DNA of 15,350 nt from a bacterium (lineage in GTDB: Bacteria > Acidobacteriota > Blastocatellia > HR10): the NCBI GenBank assembly GCA_041640655.1, contig JBEPZV010000055.1, forward strand, positions 1-15,350, written 5' to 3'. Under the pieces are notes generated by a model. That model did not search any database. It worked only from the letters and a program-made list of their open reading frames with translations, and was not told the origin of the DNA. The position numbers and the translations under genes were made by a program. This document shows positions 1 to 8,924 of the stretch, piece after piece. The number at the start of each line of letters is the position of its first letter. Position 1 is the first letter of the stretch.

Positions 1-2
1 CG

Positions 3-728
<726 letters not shown>

Positions 729-739
729 CGGGATGGCGC

Positions 740-1699
740 ATGCGCGCGTTGATCACGGGGATCGGGGGATTCGTGGGCTCGCATCTGGCGGAGTTCCTCC
801 TGGCGCAGGGGTATGAGGTCATCGGCATCGTGCGCGATCTCGATCGCGTGGCGAACCTCCAAACGGTGCGCGCGCAGGTGACGCTCTTTGAGGCCGACGT
901 GTGCGATCGAGCGCGACTGGAGGCGATCGTGGCAGAGGTGCGGCCCGAGCAGGTGTATCATCTCGCAGCGCGCGCCTTCGTCCCCGATGGGGAGGTGAAC
1001 CCGCAGCCGATGCAGGACGTGAACGTGGGAGGCACGCGCGCGCTGCTGGACGCCGTGCACCGACGCGCCCCGCATGCGCGCGTGCTTCTGGCCAGCACGG
1101 CGCGGGTCTACGGGAGCGTCACCGCCGACGCGCGGCCGATCCCGGAGACGTCCCCACTTCGCCCCATCGGACCGTACGCCGTGAGCAAGGCGCATGCTGA
1201 GGCCCTCTGGCGCGCGTATCATCGCCGAGGGCTGGCCGGCGTCATCGTGCGTTCGTTCAATCATATTGGGCCCAGACAATCACCGGCCTTCGTGTGCGCG
1301 GACTTCGCGCGACAGATCGCCGAAGCCGAAGCCGGGCGGCGCGATCCCATCGTGCGCGTCGGGAATCTCGACCTCTGGCGGGATTTCCTCGATGTGCGCG
1401 ATGCCGTGCGCGCCTATTGGTTGGCGCTCATCTCGGACGCCGGCTTCTCAGTAGTGAACGTCTGCTCCGGACGAGCACGCTCCATCGGAGAACTGCTCCA
1501 AGGGCTGCTGCAGTTGAGTCGGATCTCGCTCTCCATCGTCGTGGACGAGCGAAAGTGGCGCCGGAGCGATGCGCCCGTGCTCGTGGGGGACCCCCGACGG
1601 CTTCAGCGGCTCGGATGGGCGCCGCGCATCCCCTGGGAGCGCACGCTCGCCGACGTGCTCGCCGAATGGCGAGAGCGCTTCCGCGAAGGAGGCCGATAG
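740..1699 (+). CDS. Extended SDR NDP-sugar enzyme, probably GDP-4-keto-6-deoxy-D-mannose reductase (Rmd-like, GDP-D-rhamnose synthesis)
   Basis: Begins MRALITGIGGFVGSHL (GxxGxxG) and contains VYHLAA, PYAVSK (YxxxK), RSFNHIGPRQSPAFV, FARQIAEAE and VGNLDLWRDFLDVRDAVRAY. It lies directly after gmd. Start is ATG 740, or GTG 725 overlapping the gmd stop; the ORF-track start at 593 is inside gmd. Confidence 0.8.
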   Translation: MRALITGIGGFVGSHLAEFLLAQGYEVIGIVRDLDRVANLQTVRAQVTLFEADVCDRARLEAIVAEVRPEQVYHLAARAFVPDGEVNPQPMQDVNVGGTRALLDAVHRRAPHARVLLASTARVYGSVTADARPIPETSPLRPIGPYAVSKAHAEALWRAYHRRGLAGVIVRSFNHIGPRQSPAFVCADFARQIAEAEAGRRDPIVRVGNLDLWRDFLDVRDAVRAYWLALISDAGFSVVNVCSGRARSIGELLQGLLQLSRISLSIVVDERKWRRSDAPVLVGDPRRLQRLGWAPRIPWERTLADVLAEWRERFREGGR

Positions 1700-1715
1700 C
1701 GCGACCGCAAGAGCG

Positions 1716-2783
1716 ATGCCAGTGATGCGCCAGAGGAAGGCGGAGCCTGAGATCAGCATGAAGGTGCTCGATCCGGCCCCTCCGGAATTGTGGGATCGCG
1801 TGTGCGCGCGCTGTCCTTACGCCACGCCTTTTCACACCCGCTGGTGGGCGGAGGTGATGGCGGCGACGTTCCCGAATCTCCGCATCGCCACGCGCGCCTA
1901 TCTCTTCGCGGACGGCACGGTGGCCATCCTCCCGCTCGTGCAGTATCGCGCTGGCGCGGGCGGCCTCTTTCGCGGCTACGAGTCCATGTTCCCCGGCGTC
2001 TACGGAGGGATCATTGCCGAGGGCGATCTCTCCGAGGCGCAGGTGCGGAGGATTTACGCCAGCCTGTGCGGGCGACGCACAGCATGGGTGCGCCTCTTCG
2101 GTAACCCGTACGCGCCCTGGGGCGTTCCCGAAGCGTTTCGCTCGACGCTGTCCTTCACGCAAGCGCTGCGCCTGTCGGGAGAATTCAAGGATGTCTGGCG
2201 TCAATTCTCCCGAGGGAATCGCAGCAATATCCGGAAAGCCCTGCGCAGTGGACTGCAGGTCGCCCTCGCCCAGAGCGAGGACGACTGCGCGCAGTACTAC
2301 GCGGCGTATCAAGACGCGCTGCACCGCTGGGGCGAGCGCGCGACCAACCGGTATCCTTTCGCCCTCTTTCGCCTCCTGTGCCGACAGGATCCGCAACGCG
2401 TGCGCCTGTGGCTCGTGCGGAAGTCCGAGGTGGTCGTCGGCGGGATCCTCGTCCTCTATCATCATCGTCACGCCGTCTATTGGCACGGGGCGTTCGTCGG
2501 AGCCTTCTTCGAGTACCGACCGAGCAATCTCGTGCATGCCGAGGCCATCCGCGATGCGTGCGAGCGCGGCTACCAGTGGTACGATTTCAACCCAAGTGGC
2601 GGACACGCGGGCGTGGTGCGCTTCAAGCACTCGTTCCATCCACAGGTGCTCTATTTCCACACCGCGGAGATCGCGGGCGACCCTCTCTATCGGCTCTACG
2701 CGCGCGGGCGCGAGCGCCTGCGAATGCTCGTCCGCGCGCCGTCGCGGGAGGCTGCGCGCGGATGGTGGGGGCCGAGCGTATGA
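1716..2783 (+). CDS. GNAT-fold FemAB-like / Acetyltransf_6-type protein associated with polysaccharide modification
   Basis: Motifs ATPFHTRWW, YGGII, SRGNRSNIRKALRSGLQV, YWHGAF...RPSNLVHAEAIRDACERGYQWYDF and GVVRFKHSF match the FemAB-related GNAT pattern. Start is uncertain (ATG 1716, 1725 or 1758). The stop overlaps the next start (ATGA at 2780-2783). Confidence 0.8.
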   Translation: MPVMRQRKAEPEISMKVLDPAPPELWDRVCARCPYATPFHTRWWAEVMAATFPNLRIATRAYLFADGTVAILPLVQYRAGAGGLFRGYESMFPGVYGGIIAEGDLSEAQVRRIYASLCGRRTAWVRLFGNPYAPWGVPEAFRSTLSFTQALRLSGEFKDVWRQFSRGNRSNIRKALRSGLQVALAQSEDDCAQYYAAYQDALHRWGERATNRYPFALFRLLCRQDPQRVRLWLVRKSEVVVGGILVLYHHRHAVYWHGAFVGAFFEYRPSNLVHAEAIRDACERGYQWYDFNPSGGHAGVVRFKHSFHPQVLYFHTAEIAGDPLYRLYARGRERLRMLVRAPSREAARGWWGPSV

Positions 2784-3394
2784 CCTGGAAAGGACTTCTC
2801 CGCTTGTGGCGTCGTCTGAGGGCGGATCTGGAGCGCGCGTATTACGAGGAGGTGGTCCGCGAGGAGCTGCGCGCCCGCGCGCCCGGCCTTCAACTCGGAC
2901 GTCAGGTCACGATCATTCGACCGGATCGGTTGATCCTGGGGGAGAACGTCATCATTCACGATCACTGCGTGCTCTACTGCGCGGGACAGGCGCCGGAGTA
3001 TCGCCAAGGGGGACGCATCGTCATCGGGAACCATGTTGAGCTGGCGTGGGGATGCATCCTGCACGGGGGTGGGGCGCAGATCATCTTGCGCGATTTCGCC
3101 ATCATCGGGGCGGGCGCCGTGCTCCTCTCGGAGATGTACAGCTATCGAGACGCGAACCTCCCGGCCCGGTTCCAGACGAAGATCATGGGCGACATCGTCG
3201 TGGAGGAGAATGCGACCGTCGGAGCGCGCGCCGTCGTGCTGCCCGGCGTCACCATCGGTCGTAGCGCGATCGTCGGAGCCGGAGCCGTCGTCACGCGCGA
3301 TGTCCCGCCGTTCTCGGTCGCCGTCGGTGTTCCCGCGCGCGTCCTCAAGCGGGTGGACGAGCTGTCGACGCGCGATCGCTCCGGCTCCGCATAA
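2780..3394 (+). CDS. Hexapeptide-repeat (left-handed beta-helix) O-acyl/acetyltransferase
   Basis: ATGA coupling to the upstream gene gives the start MTWKG. It has [LIV]Gxxxx repeats (LGRQVTI, LGENVII, IGNHVEL, IGAGAVL) and the C-terminal signature VGARAVVLPGVTIGRSAIVGAGAVVTRDVPPFSVAVGVPARV. Confidence 0.9.
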   Translation: MTWKGLLRLWRRLRADLERAYYEEVVREELRARAPGLQLGRQVTIIRPDRLILGENVIIHDHCVLYCAGQAPEYRQGGRIVIGNHVELAWGCILHGGGAQIILRDFAIIGAGAVLLSEMYSYRDANLPARFQTKIMGDIVVEENATVGARAVVLPGVTIGRSAIVGAGAVVTRDVPPFSVAVGVPARVLKRVDELSTRDRSGSA

Positions 3395-3411
3395 GGAGTG
3401 AGCACACGAGC

Positions 3412-4941
3412 ATGAGGCGCGACGGTGGGGTCGAGGCCATGACATCTCCAGAAGCGCCTGCTCTTCTGGTGCGCGCGGCGCGAGGCGCGCTCTGGTCCTG
3501 GGGCGGACAAACGCTCAAGCACGTGGTGCAACTGGGGCTTGTGGCGATCCTGGCGCGATGGCTCGCTCCCGCGGATTTCGGGCGCGTGGCGATGATTGGC
3601 GTCGTGACGGGGTTCTTGAGCCTCTTCAGCGAATGGGGGATCGGCCCCGCACTGATTCAAAGGCGCGAGCTGAAGCGCGCGCATCTCTCGGCGGCCTTTT
3701 GGGGGAGCCTGACGGCCGGTCTCGCGCTCGGATTTCTGCTTGCGCTGGGCGCACCGCTTGTGGCAGCGATGTACGCCGACGCCACGCTTCGGCCTCTGAC
3801 GATGGCCCTCGCCCTCAACTTCCCCCTGGTCGCGCTGGCCACGGTGCCGATCAACCTCTTGCAGCGGGAGCTTCACCTGGAGCGACTCGCGCTGGTGGAG
3901 CTGCTCTCGCTCGTCGTCGGCGGCGCGGTCGCCGTGAGTCTGGCGCTTCGCGATGGGGGAGCCTGGAGTCTGGTCGCTCAAACGCTCGCCACTTCGGGCG
4001 CGACGGCCGTCGTGGCGTGGGCGCTCGCGCCCGTTCGCCTTCACGACGCCTGGGAAGCTCCCACGCACGCCGTTCGCGAAGTGCTTCGAGACTTGTTCCG
4101 ATTCGGACGACCGCTTGTGGGGGTCAACGTCTTGACCTACATCACCCGCAATGCGGACAACGCGCTCATCGGGCGGTTCCTGGGCGCGCAGGCGCTCGGG
4201 TACTACGCGCTCGCGTATCGGCTGCTGCTCTTCCCGCTCCAGAATATCTCGTGGACGCTCGGGCGCGTGCTCTTTCCGGCCCTGTCGCGAATCTCGGATC
4301 CGGAACACCTGCGCGCGACGTATCGGCGCGTGGTCGAAGGGATCGCCCTGTTGGCCTTCCCGATGATGACCGGCATGGCCATTGTCGCGCCCGAACTGAT
4401 TCACCTTCTGTACGGGCCGCAGTGGGAGCGCGCCGTCTTCCCCGCGCGCATCTTCTGCGTCCTCGGCGCCCTGCAAGCGATCGGGACGACGATCGGACCG
4501 CTCTGCCTCTCGCAGGGGCGACCGGATGTCCTGCTCCGATGGAACCTCATGTTCACACCCGCCGTCGTGGGGGGCATCGCTCTCGGGGTGCGCTGGGGAC
4601 TTGAAGGGGTCGCGCTCGCCTACGCCGGCGTGAGCGGCGCGGCCTGGTACTTCTCGCATGCGCTCGCGAATCGCATCATGGCGCTGCCCATGCGCGCCTT
4701 CCTGCGCGCGCTGATTCCGGCGGCGGTGAGCACGCTCGTCATGGCCGTCGGCGTGATCCTCGCGCGCGCGCATCTCTTCCCCCCTCGAACCTCGCCCCCT
4801 GCCCTCACTCTTCTGGGACACACCGCCATCGGCGTGAGCCTCTACGCCCTCACGCTGCGCGTTCTTCAGCCGAGCGCGCTTCGCGACCTGCGCGAGCTGG
4901 CGCGCGCGATCAAAGGGGGGCGTTCAGCTTCGCTCGAATGA
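3412..4941 (+). CDS. wzx: Wzx-type polysaccharide repeat-unit flippase (MOP/PST family, WzxC-like)
   Basis: About 500 aa polytopic membrane protein with GALWS, LARWLAPADFG, GIGPALIQR, NADNALIGRFLGAQALGYYALAY, RVLFPALSR and LYGPQW motifs typical of PST flippases. TAAGGAG lies at 3392-3398; alternative start is ATG 3439. Confidence 0.9.
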   Translation: MRRDGGVEAMTSPEAPALLVRAARGALWSWGGQTLKHVVQLGLVAILARWLAPADFGRVAMIGVVTGFLSLFSEWGIGPALIQRRELKRAHLSAAFWGSLTAGLALGFLLALGAPLVAAMYADATLRPLTMALALNFPLVALATVPINLLQRELHLERLALVELLSLVVGGAVAVSLALRDGGAWSLVAQTLATSGATAVVAWALAPVRLHDAWEAPTHAVREVLRDLFRFGRPLVGVNVLTYITRNADNALIGRFLGAQALGYYALAYRLLLFPLQNISWTLGRVLFPALSRISDPEHLRATYRRVVEGIALLAFPMMTGMAIVAPELIHLLYGPQWERAVFPARIFCVLGALQAIGTTIGPLCLSQGRPDVLLRWNLMFTPAVVGGIALGVRWGLEGVALAYAGVSGAAWYFSHALANRIMALPMRAFLRALIPAAVSTLVMAVGVILARAHLFPPRTSPPALTLLGHTAIGVSLYALTLRVLQPSALRDLRELARAIKGGRSASLE

Positions 4942-5013
4942 GGGCGGCTCAGATGAAGGCCGCGCTTCGCCCTGAGAATGCCGGCCGAAGTGCCGTCGGC
5001 GCGACCCGCGCCC

Positions 5014-5043
5014 TTGCCCGTCTCCGGCGCGAGGCGATATGAT
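5014..5043 (+). promoter_or_regulatory. Candidate sigma70 promoter upstream of the MOT1-family transporter
   Basis: TTGCCC (5014-5019), 18-nt spacer, TATGAT (5038-5043), in the only sizeable intergenic gap of the cluster. Motif match only. Confidence 0.45.
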
Positions 5044-5103
5044 GTCGGCTCTGCACGCGCACGGATGGCGCACGCGGATGATTCGGAGGCGCTCAGTCGG
5101 TCT

Positions 5104-6285
5104 ATGGAGATCGTCACGACAGCGAAATCCGCGCCCAGAGCTCCCTCTCTTCGCTTCGATCGCAATGAATGGGCGGGCGCCTTCGGGGACCTGGGCACGG
5201 ATTTCCCCCTCGTCGTCGGCGTCACGCTGGCGGCCGGACTCGATAGCACGAGCGTGCTCACGATGTTCGGCCTCCTGCAGATTCTGACCGGACTCTGGTA
5301 TCGCCTCCCCATGCCGGTGCAGCCGCTCAAGGCGATGGCTGCGCTGGTGATCACCCAGAAGATTGGTGGCTCCCTCCTCTACGGCGCCGGATTGGCCATC
5401 GGCGTCGTGATGCTGCTGCTCTCCATATCGGGCGTGGTGGATTGGCTGGCGCGAGTCATTCCCAAGAGCGTCGTGCGGGGGATTCAATTCGGGCTCGGCT
5501 TGCAACTGGCGATCCTCGCCCTGCGGGAATATGTGCAGGCCGATGGTCCATCGGGGCTCACGCTCGCCGTCGTGGGGTTTCTCTTGACTGTCGCCCTCTT
5601 GGGGAACCGCAAGTATCCGGCCGCCCTCTTCCTCGTGTTGATCGGCCTCGCGTATAGCCTCACCGTCAAAGTCCCCACTTCGGCTCTCGTCGAGGGGTTG
5701 GGCGTGGGGCTGCCGAAATTTCACGTCCCGCAATGGTCGGACATTGTGACGGGCTTTCTGATCCTGGCGCTGCCGCAAATCCCCCTCTCGCTCGGGAACT
5801 CGATCCTGGCCACGCGGCAGATCCTCGAGGACCTCTTCCCCGAGCGTCGGGTCACAGTGCGGCAGATCGGCACGACCTACGCGCTCATGAATCTGGTGAA
5901 CCCCTTTTTCGGGGGCATCCCGACATGTCATGGTTCCGGGGGAGTCGCGGGGCACTACACCTTCGGCGCGCGCACGGGCGGCTCGGTGATCATTGAAGGA
6001 GCGTTTTACGTGCTCCTGGGCCTCTTCTTCGGACGGGGATTCGATACGATCGTGAAGGTCTTCCCGCTGCCCATTCTGGGGGTCATCTTGTTCTTCGAGG
6101 GCTTGGCGCTCATGCGCCTGATTCGCGATGGCGCGGCATCGGCGGGTGATCTGACGATCATCCTGCTTGTCGGACTCTTCGCCATCGGGCTCCCCTATGG
6201 ATTCCTCATCGGGATGCTCGCGGGTGTCGCCCTCGCGTCCTTGATGAAGCGGGGGATCCTCACCCTCGGGACTCGCGAGCCATAG
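5104..6285 (+). CDS. MOT1-family putative molybdate/sulfate transporter
   Basis: Hydrophobic multi-TM protein with FDRNEWAGAFGDLGT, PMPVQPLKAMAA, IPKSVVRGIQFGLGL, LPQIPLSLGNS, PTCHGSGGVAGHYTFGARTGGS and FPLPILGVILFFEG, which I recognise as MOT1 (MFS_MOT1) signatures. Start is likely ATG 5104 (GGAGG at 5085-5089) or 5065 rather than 4978. Confidence 0.85.
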   Translation: MEIVTTAKSAPRAPSLRFDRNEWAGAFGDLGTDFPLVVGVTLAAGLDSTSVLTMFGLLQILTGLWYRLPMPVQPLKAMAALVITQKIGGSLLYGAGLAIGVVMLLLSISGVVDWLARVIPKSVVRGIQFGLGLQLAILALREYVQADGPSGLTLAVVGFLLTVALLGNRKYPAALFLVLIGLAYSLTVKVPTSALVEGLGVGLPKFHVPQWSDIVTGFLILALPQIPLSLGNSILATRQILEDLFPERRVTVRQIGTTYALMNLVNPFFGGIPTCHGSGGVAGHYTFGARTGGSVIIEGAFYVLLGLFFGRGFDTIVKVFPLPILGVILFFEGLALMRLIRDGAASAGDLTIILLVGLFAIGLPYGFLIGMLAGVALASLMKRGILTLGTREP

Positions 6286-6308
6286 AGCGCACCGGTCCCA
6301 CGTCGGTC

Positions 6309-7544
6309 ATGACCAAGCGCGCGATGTTCACATGGGTGCGCCGGAGCGACCGCTGGAGTATTGCGGAAGCGCGTCCGCGCGTCGCGGAGGTGAAACCGGA
6401 ATATCTGCCGCTGACGGAGACCTTCATCTACGAGTACGTGCGCGCGCTGCAGCGCGTGCGCCCGATCGTGGTGGCCGAGCAGGTGCACCATCTCGACCTC
6501 TTTCCCGTCGAAGACCTCATCTGTGTGCGGACGCACGATCTCTCCCTCTGGGAGCGGATGAGGGGACGGGTGCTCGGCGAGCTGCGGGGGATGACGAGCG
6601 GGCTCGCCTATCGGTACTATGTCGCCCTGCACAACGTGCGCCCGCATCTGGTGCACGCGCACTTCGGCCCGACGGGGATTCTCGTCCTGGCGGCCGCGCG
6701 CCGTCTCGGCGTTCCGCTCATCACATCCTTCTACGGCTACGACATCTCAGCGCTCGGTCGCGATCCCCTCTGGTGCGCGCGCTATCGCCATCTCTTCGTC
6801 CGCGGCGACCTGTTTCTGGTCGAAGGCCCCTACATGCGCGAGCGGCTCCTGCGGCTGGGATGTCCGCCGGAGAAGGTGCGCATCCAGCGCATCGCGATTG
6901 ATCCTGAGGGCTTTCCCTTCCGCCCGCGTGTCTGGCGCCAGGGACCGGTGCGCTTGCTGCAGGTCGGACGTCTGGTGGAGAAGAAGGGGCACGAATATAC
7001 GCTGCGCGCGTTCGCGCGAGTGCGCGCGCGGGTGCGTGCGAGCGAGGTGTACGTCATCGGCGATGGGCCGCTTGGTCCGCGATTGCGGCGATTGGCCGAG
7101 GAGCTGGGCATCGCCGAAGCCGTGCGATGGATGGGTGCCCTCCCCCGCGCGGCGTATCGCGAGGTGGCCGAACGCTGTCACATTCTCGTGCAGCCGAGCG
7201 TCGTCGCTACAGATGGCGACGATGAGGGAGGAGCCCCCACCGTCCTTCTGGAGATGCAAGCCTCGGGCATGCCGATCGTAGCGACACGCCATGCTGACAT
7301 CCCCGCCGTCGTGCGCGAGGGGGAGAGCGCTCGACTCGTCCCCGAACGCGACGTCGCGGCCCTGGCCGACGCGCTTCTTGAGCTGATCGAGAACGCTCAC
7401 CGATGGCGGGCGATGGCCGAAGCCGGTCGCGCCTTCGTCCTCGAGCGCCACGACATCCGGCGCGAGGCGCCGCGACTGGAAGCCCTCTATGAATCGTTGA
7501 TCGGGGCGTCTTGGGGAGCCACACGCCGGGCGAGCGCATCGTGA
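6309..7544 (+). CDS. Glycosyltransferase family 4, WcaL-like
   Basis: YLPLTETFIY, HLVHAHFG, PLITSFYGYDIS, VGRLVEKKG and PSVVATDGDDEGGAPTVLLEMQASGMPIVATRHADIP resemble colanic-acid WcaL-type GT-B enzymes. Confidence 0.88.
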   Translation: MTKRAMFTWVRRSDRWSIAEARPRVAEVKPEYLPLTETFIYEYVRALQRVRPIVVAEQVHHLDLFPVEDLICVRTHDLSLWERMRGRVLGELRGMTSGLAYRYYVALHNVRPHLVHAHFGPTGILVLAAARRLGVPLITSFYGYDISALGRDPLWCARYRHLFVRGDLFLVEGPYMRERLLRLGCPPEKVRIQRIAIDPEGFPFRPRVWRQGPVRLLQVGRLVEKKGHEYTLRAFARVRARVRASEVYVIGDGPLGPRLRRLAEELGIAEAVRWMGALPRAAYREVAERCHILVQPSVVATDGDDEGGAPTVLLEMQASGMPIVATRHADIPAVVREGESARLVPERDVAALADALLELIENAHRWRAMAEAGRAFVLERHDIRREAPRLEALYESLIGASWGATRRASAS

Positions 7545-7550
7545 GCGCCT

Positions 7551-8924
7551 ATGCCGCGCCGAGTCCTCTTCATCGCCCTGGCTTTCCCCCCGCATAACAG
7601 CAGCGGCACGTTTCGCTCGACGAAGTTCGCGAAGTACCTCGGGGCGTTCGGATGGGAACCCATCGTCGTCACGCTCGATTGGGCGCGCGTGCTCGCTCCA
7701 CACGAACGGGATGAGACGTTGCTGGCCGATCTGCCGCCTGGACTGCCCATCTATCGACTCGCGCCTTTCAATCCGGTGCACGCATGCGGCCAGCGCCTGC
7801 GGCGATTGTGCTCCGCCTCGCGGCTTGCGATCGAGCGAGAGCCCGTCACCTATTCTGAGCCGATGCGCGAGGACGTCCCGCGCTCGTGGGGGTATCGCGC
7901 GCTGCGCGCGCTCTATCACTTCAGCCTGGCGCCCGTGGGCGACGAGCATTTCTACTGGATCTGGCGTGCGCTCCCCACGTGCGTGCGAATCGCCCGCCGA
8001 CACGACGTGGAAGCGATCTTGGTCTCCGTGAGTCCGTGGACCTCGGCGTTGCTCGGCGTCCTGCTGAAGCGATGGCTCGATCGGCCGCTGATTGTGGACT
8101 TTCGCGACTACTGGACCTTGTGGCCGATCAAAGTGCGACGTCCCGTCCGCGATCGCCTCGATGCGTGGGCGGAACGATGGATTCTTCGGTCGGCCGACCG
8201 GCTCATTTGCGTGCACGAGGCCATGGCGGAAGATTTCGCCCGCCTCGCTCCCGAAGCGGCCGCGCGCTGCGTGATCATCCCCAACGGATACGATATGGAC
8301 GACTTCCGCGCGATCGCGCGCGAATCCGGCGCCCGGCATCCGCTGACGATGCTCGTGCACACGGGCATGGTCTGGGGAGACGCCGCCGCCTCTTTTCTGG
8401 AGGCGATCGCGTGGCTCAAAGAGCAGTCGCCCACGCCACCGCCGTGGCGCGCGCGATTCGTCGGCGGGCTCCCGCCCTCCAATCTCCGCTTCATCCGTGA
8501 GCGGGCGCTGCAGGATGTCGTGAAGGTCGAGCCACGCACGACGCATCGCGAAGCCCTCGCGGCGATGGTCGCGGCCGATGTCCTGCTGCTGCTGCTGACG
8601 AGTCATGAGGGGGGGAAGAAATGGTATCCGGGGAAACTCTTCGAGTATATGGCCGCCGGGCGTCCGGTCCTCGCCGTGGCGCCTCCGGGCTTGGCCGCGA
8701 CCTTGATCGAAGAGGCGGGGATCGGCGTGAGCGTAGATCATCGGGAGCGGGAGCGACTGCGCGCGCTGCTGCGAAGGGCTGCCCTTGACCCCGAAGGATT
8801 CGCGCGCCAGTTTTATCATCCGCAGGCGACGGTCATTCGCCGATACGAGCGTCGCGCATTGACGCGCCGCCTGGCCGAGACGCTGGAGGATGTCGTTGAA
8901 CGCCATCGCGCGCGGTCACGCTGA
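7551..8924 (+). CDS. Glycosyltransferase family 4 (GT-B fold)
   Basis: N-terminal VLFIALAFPP...GTFRSTKFAKYL...GWEPIVVT, then IVDFRDYW, IIPNGYD and C-terminal YPGKLFEYMAAGRPVLAV. Confidence 0.87.
   Translation: MPRRVLFIALAFPPHNSSGTFRSTKFAKYLGAFGWEPIVVTLDWARVLAPHERDETLLADLPPGLPIYRLAPFNPVHACGQRLRRLCSASRLAIEREPVTYSEPMREDVPRSWGYRALRALYHFSLAPVGDEHFYWIWRALPTCVRIARRHDVEAILVSVSPWTSALLGVLLKRWLDRPLIVDFRDYWTLWPIKVRRPVRDRLDAWAERWILRSADRLICVHEAMAEDFARLAPEAAARCVIIPNGYDMDDFRAIARESGARHPLTMLVHTGMVWGDAAASFLEAIAWLKEQSPTPPPWRARFVGGLPPSNLRFIRERALQDVVKVEPRTTHREALAAMVAADVLLLLLTSHEGGKKWYPGKLFEYMAAGRPVLAVAPPGLAATLIEEAGIGVSVDHRERERLRALLRRAALDPEGFARQFYHPQATVIRRYERRALTRRLAETLEDVVERHRARSR

Noticed and set aside
4942..5103. 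Moco/Wco riboswitch or ModE operator upstream of the MOT1-like gene
   Set aside because: No AT-rich TATAT-N-TATAT ModE palindrome and no recognisable Moco-motif conserved segments; only a covariance-model scan could fully exclude it.
1428..5955. Antisense and alternate-frame ORFs (1428-2660, 2014-3039, 3142-4821, 3558-4604, 4924-5955)
   Set aside because: They overlap genes with clear family motifs and show no domain signatures or credible RBS; these are GC-bias artefacts.
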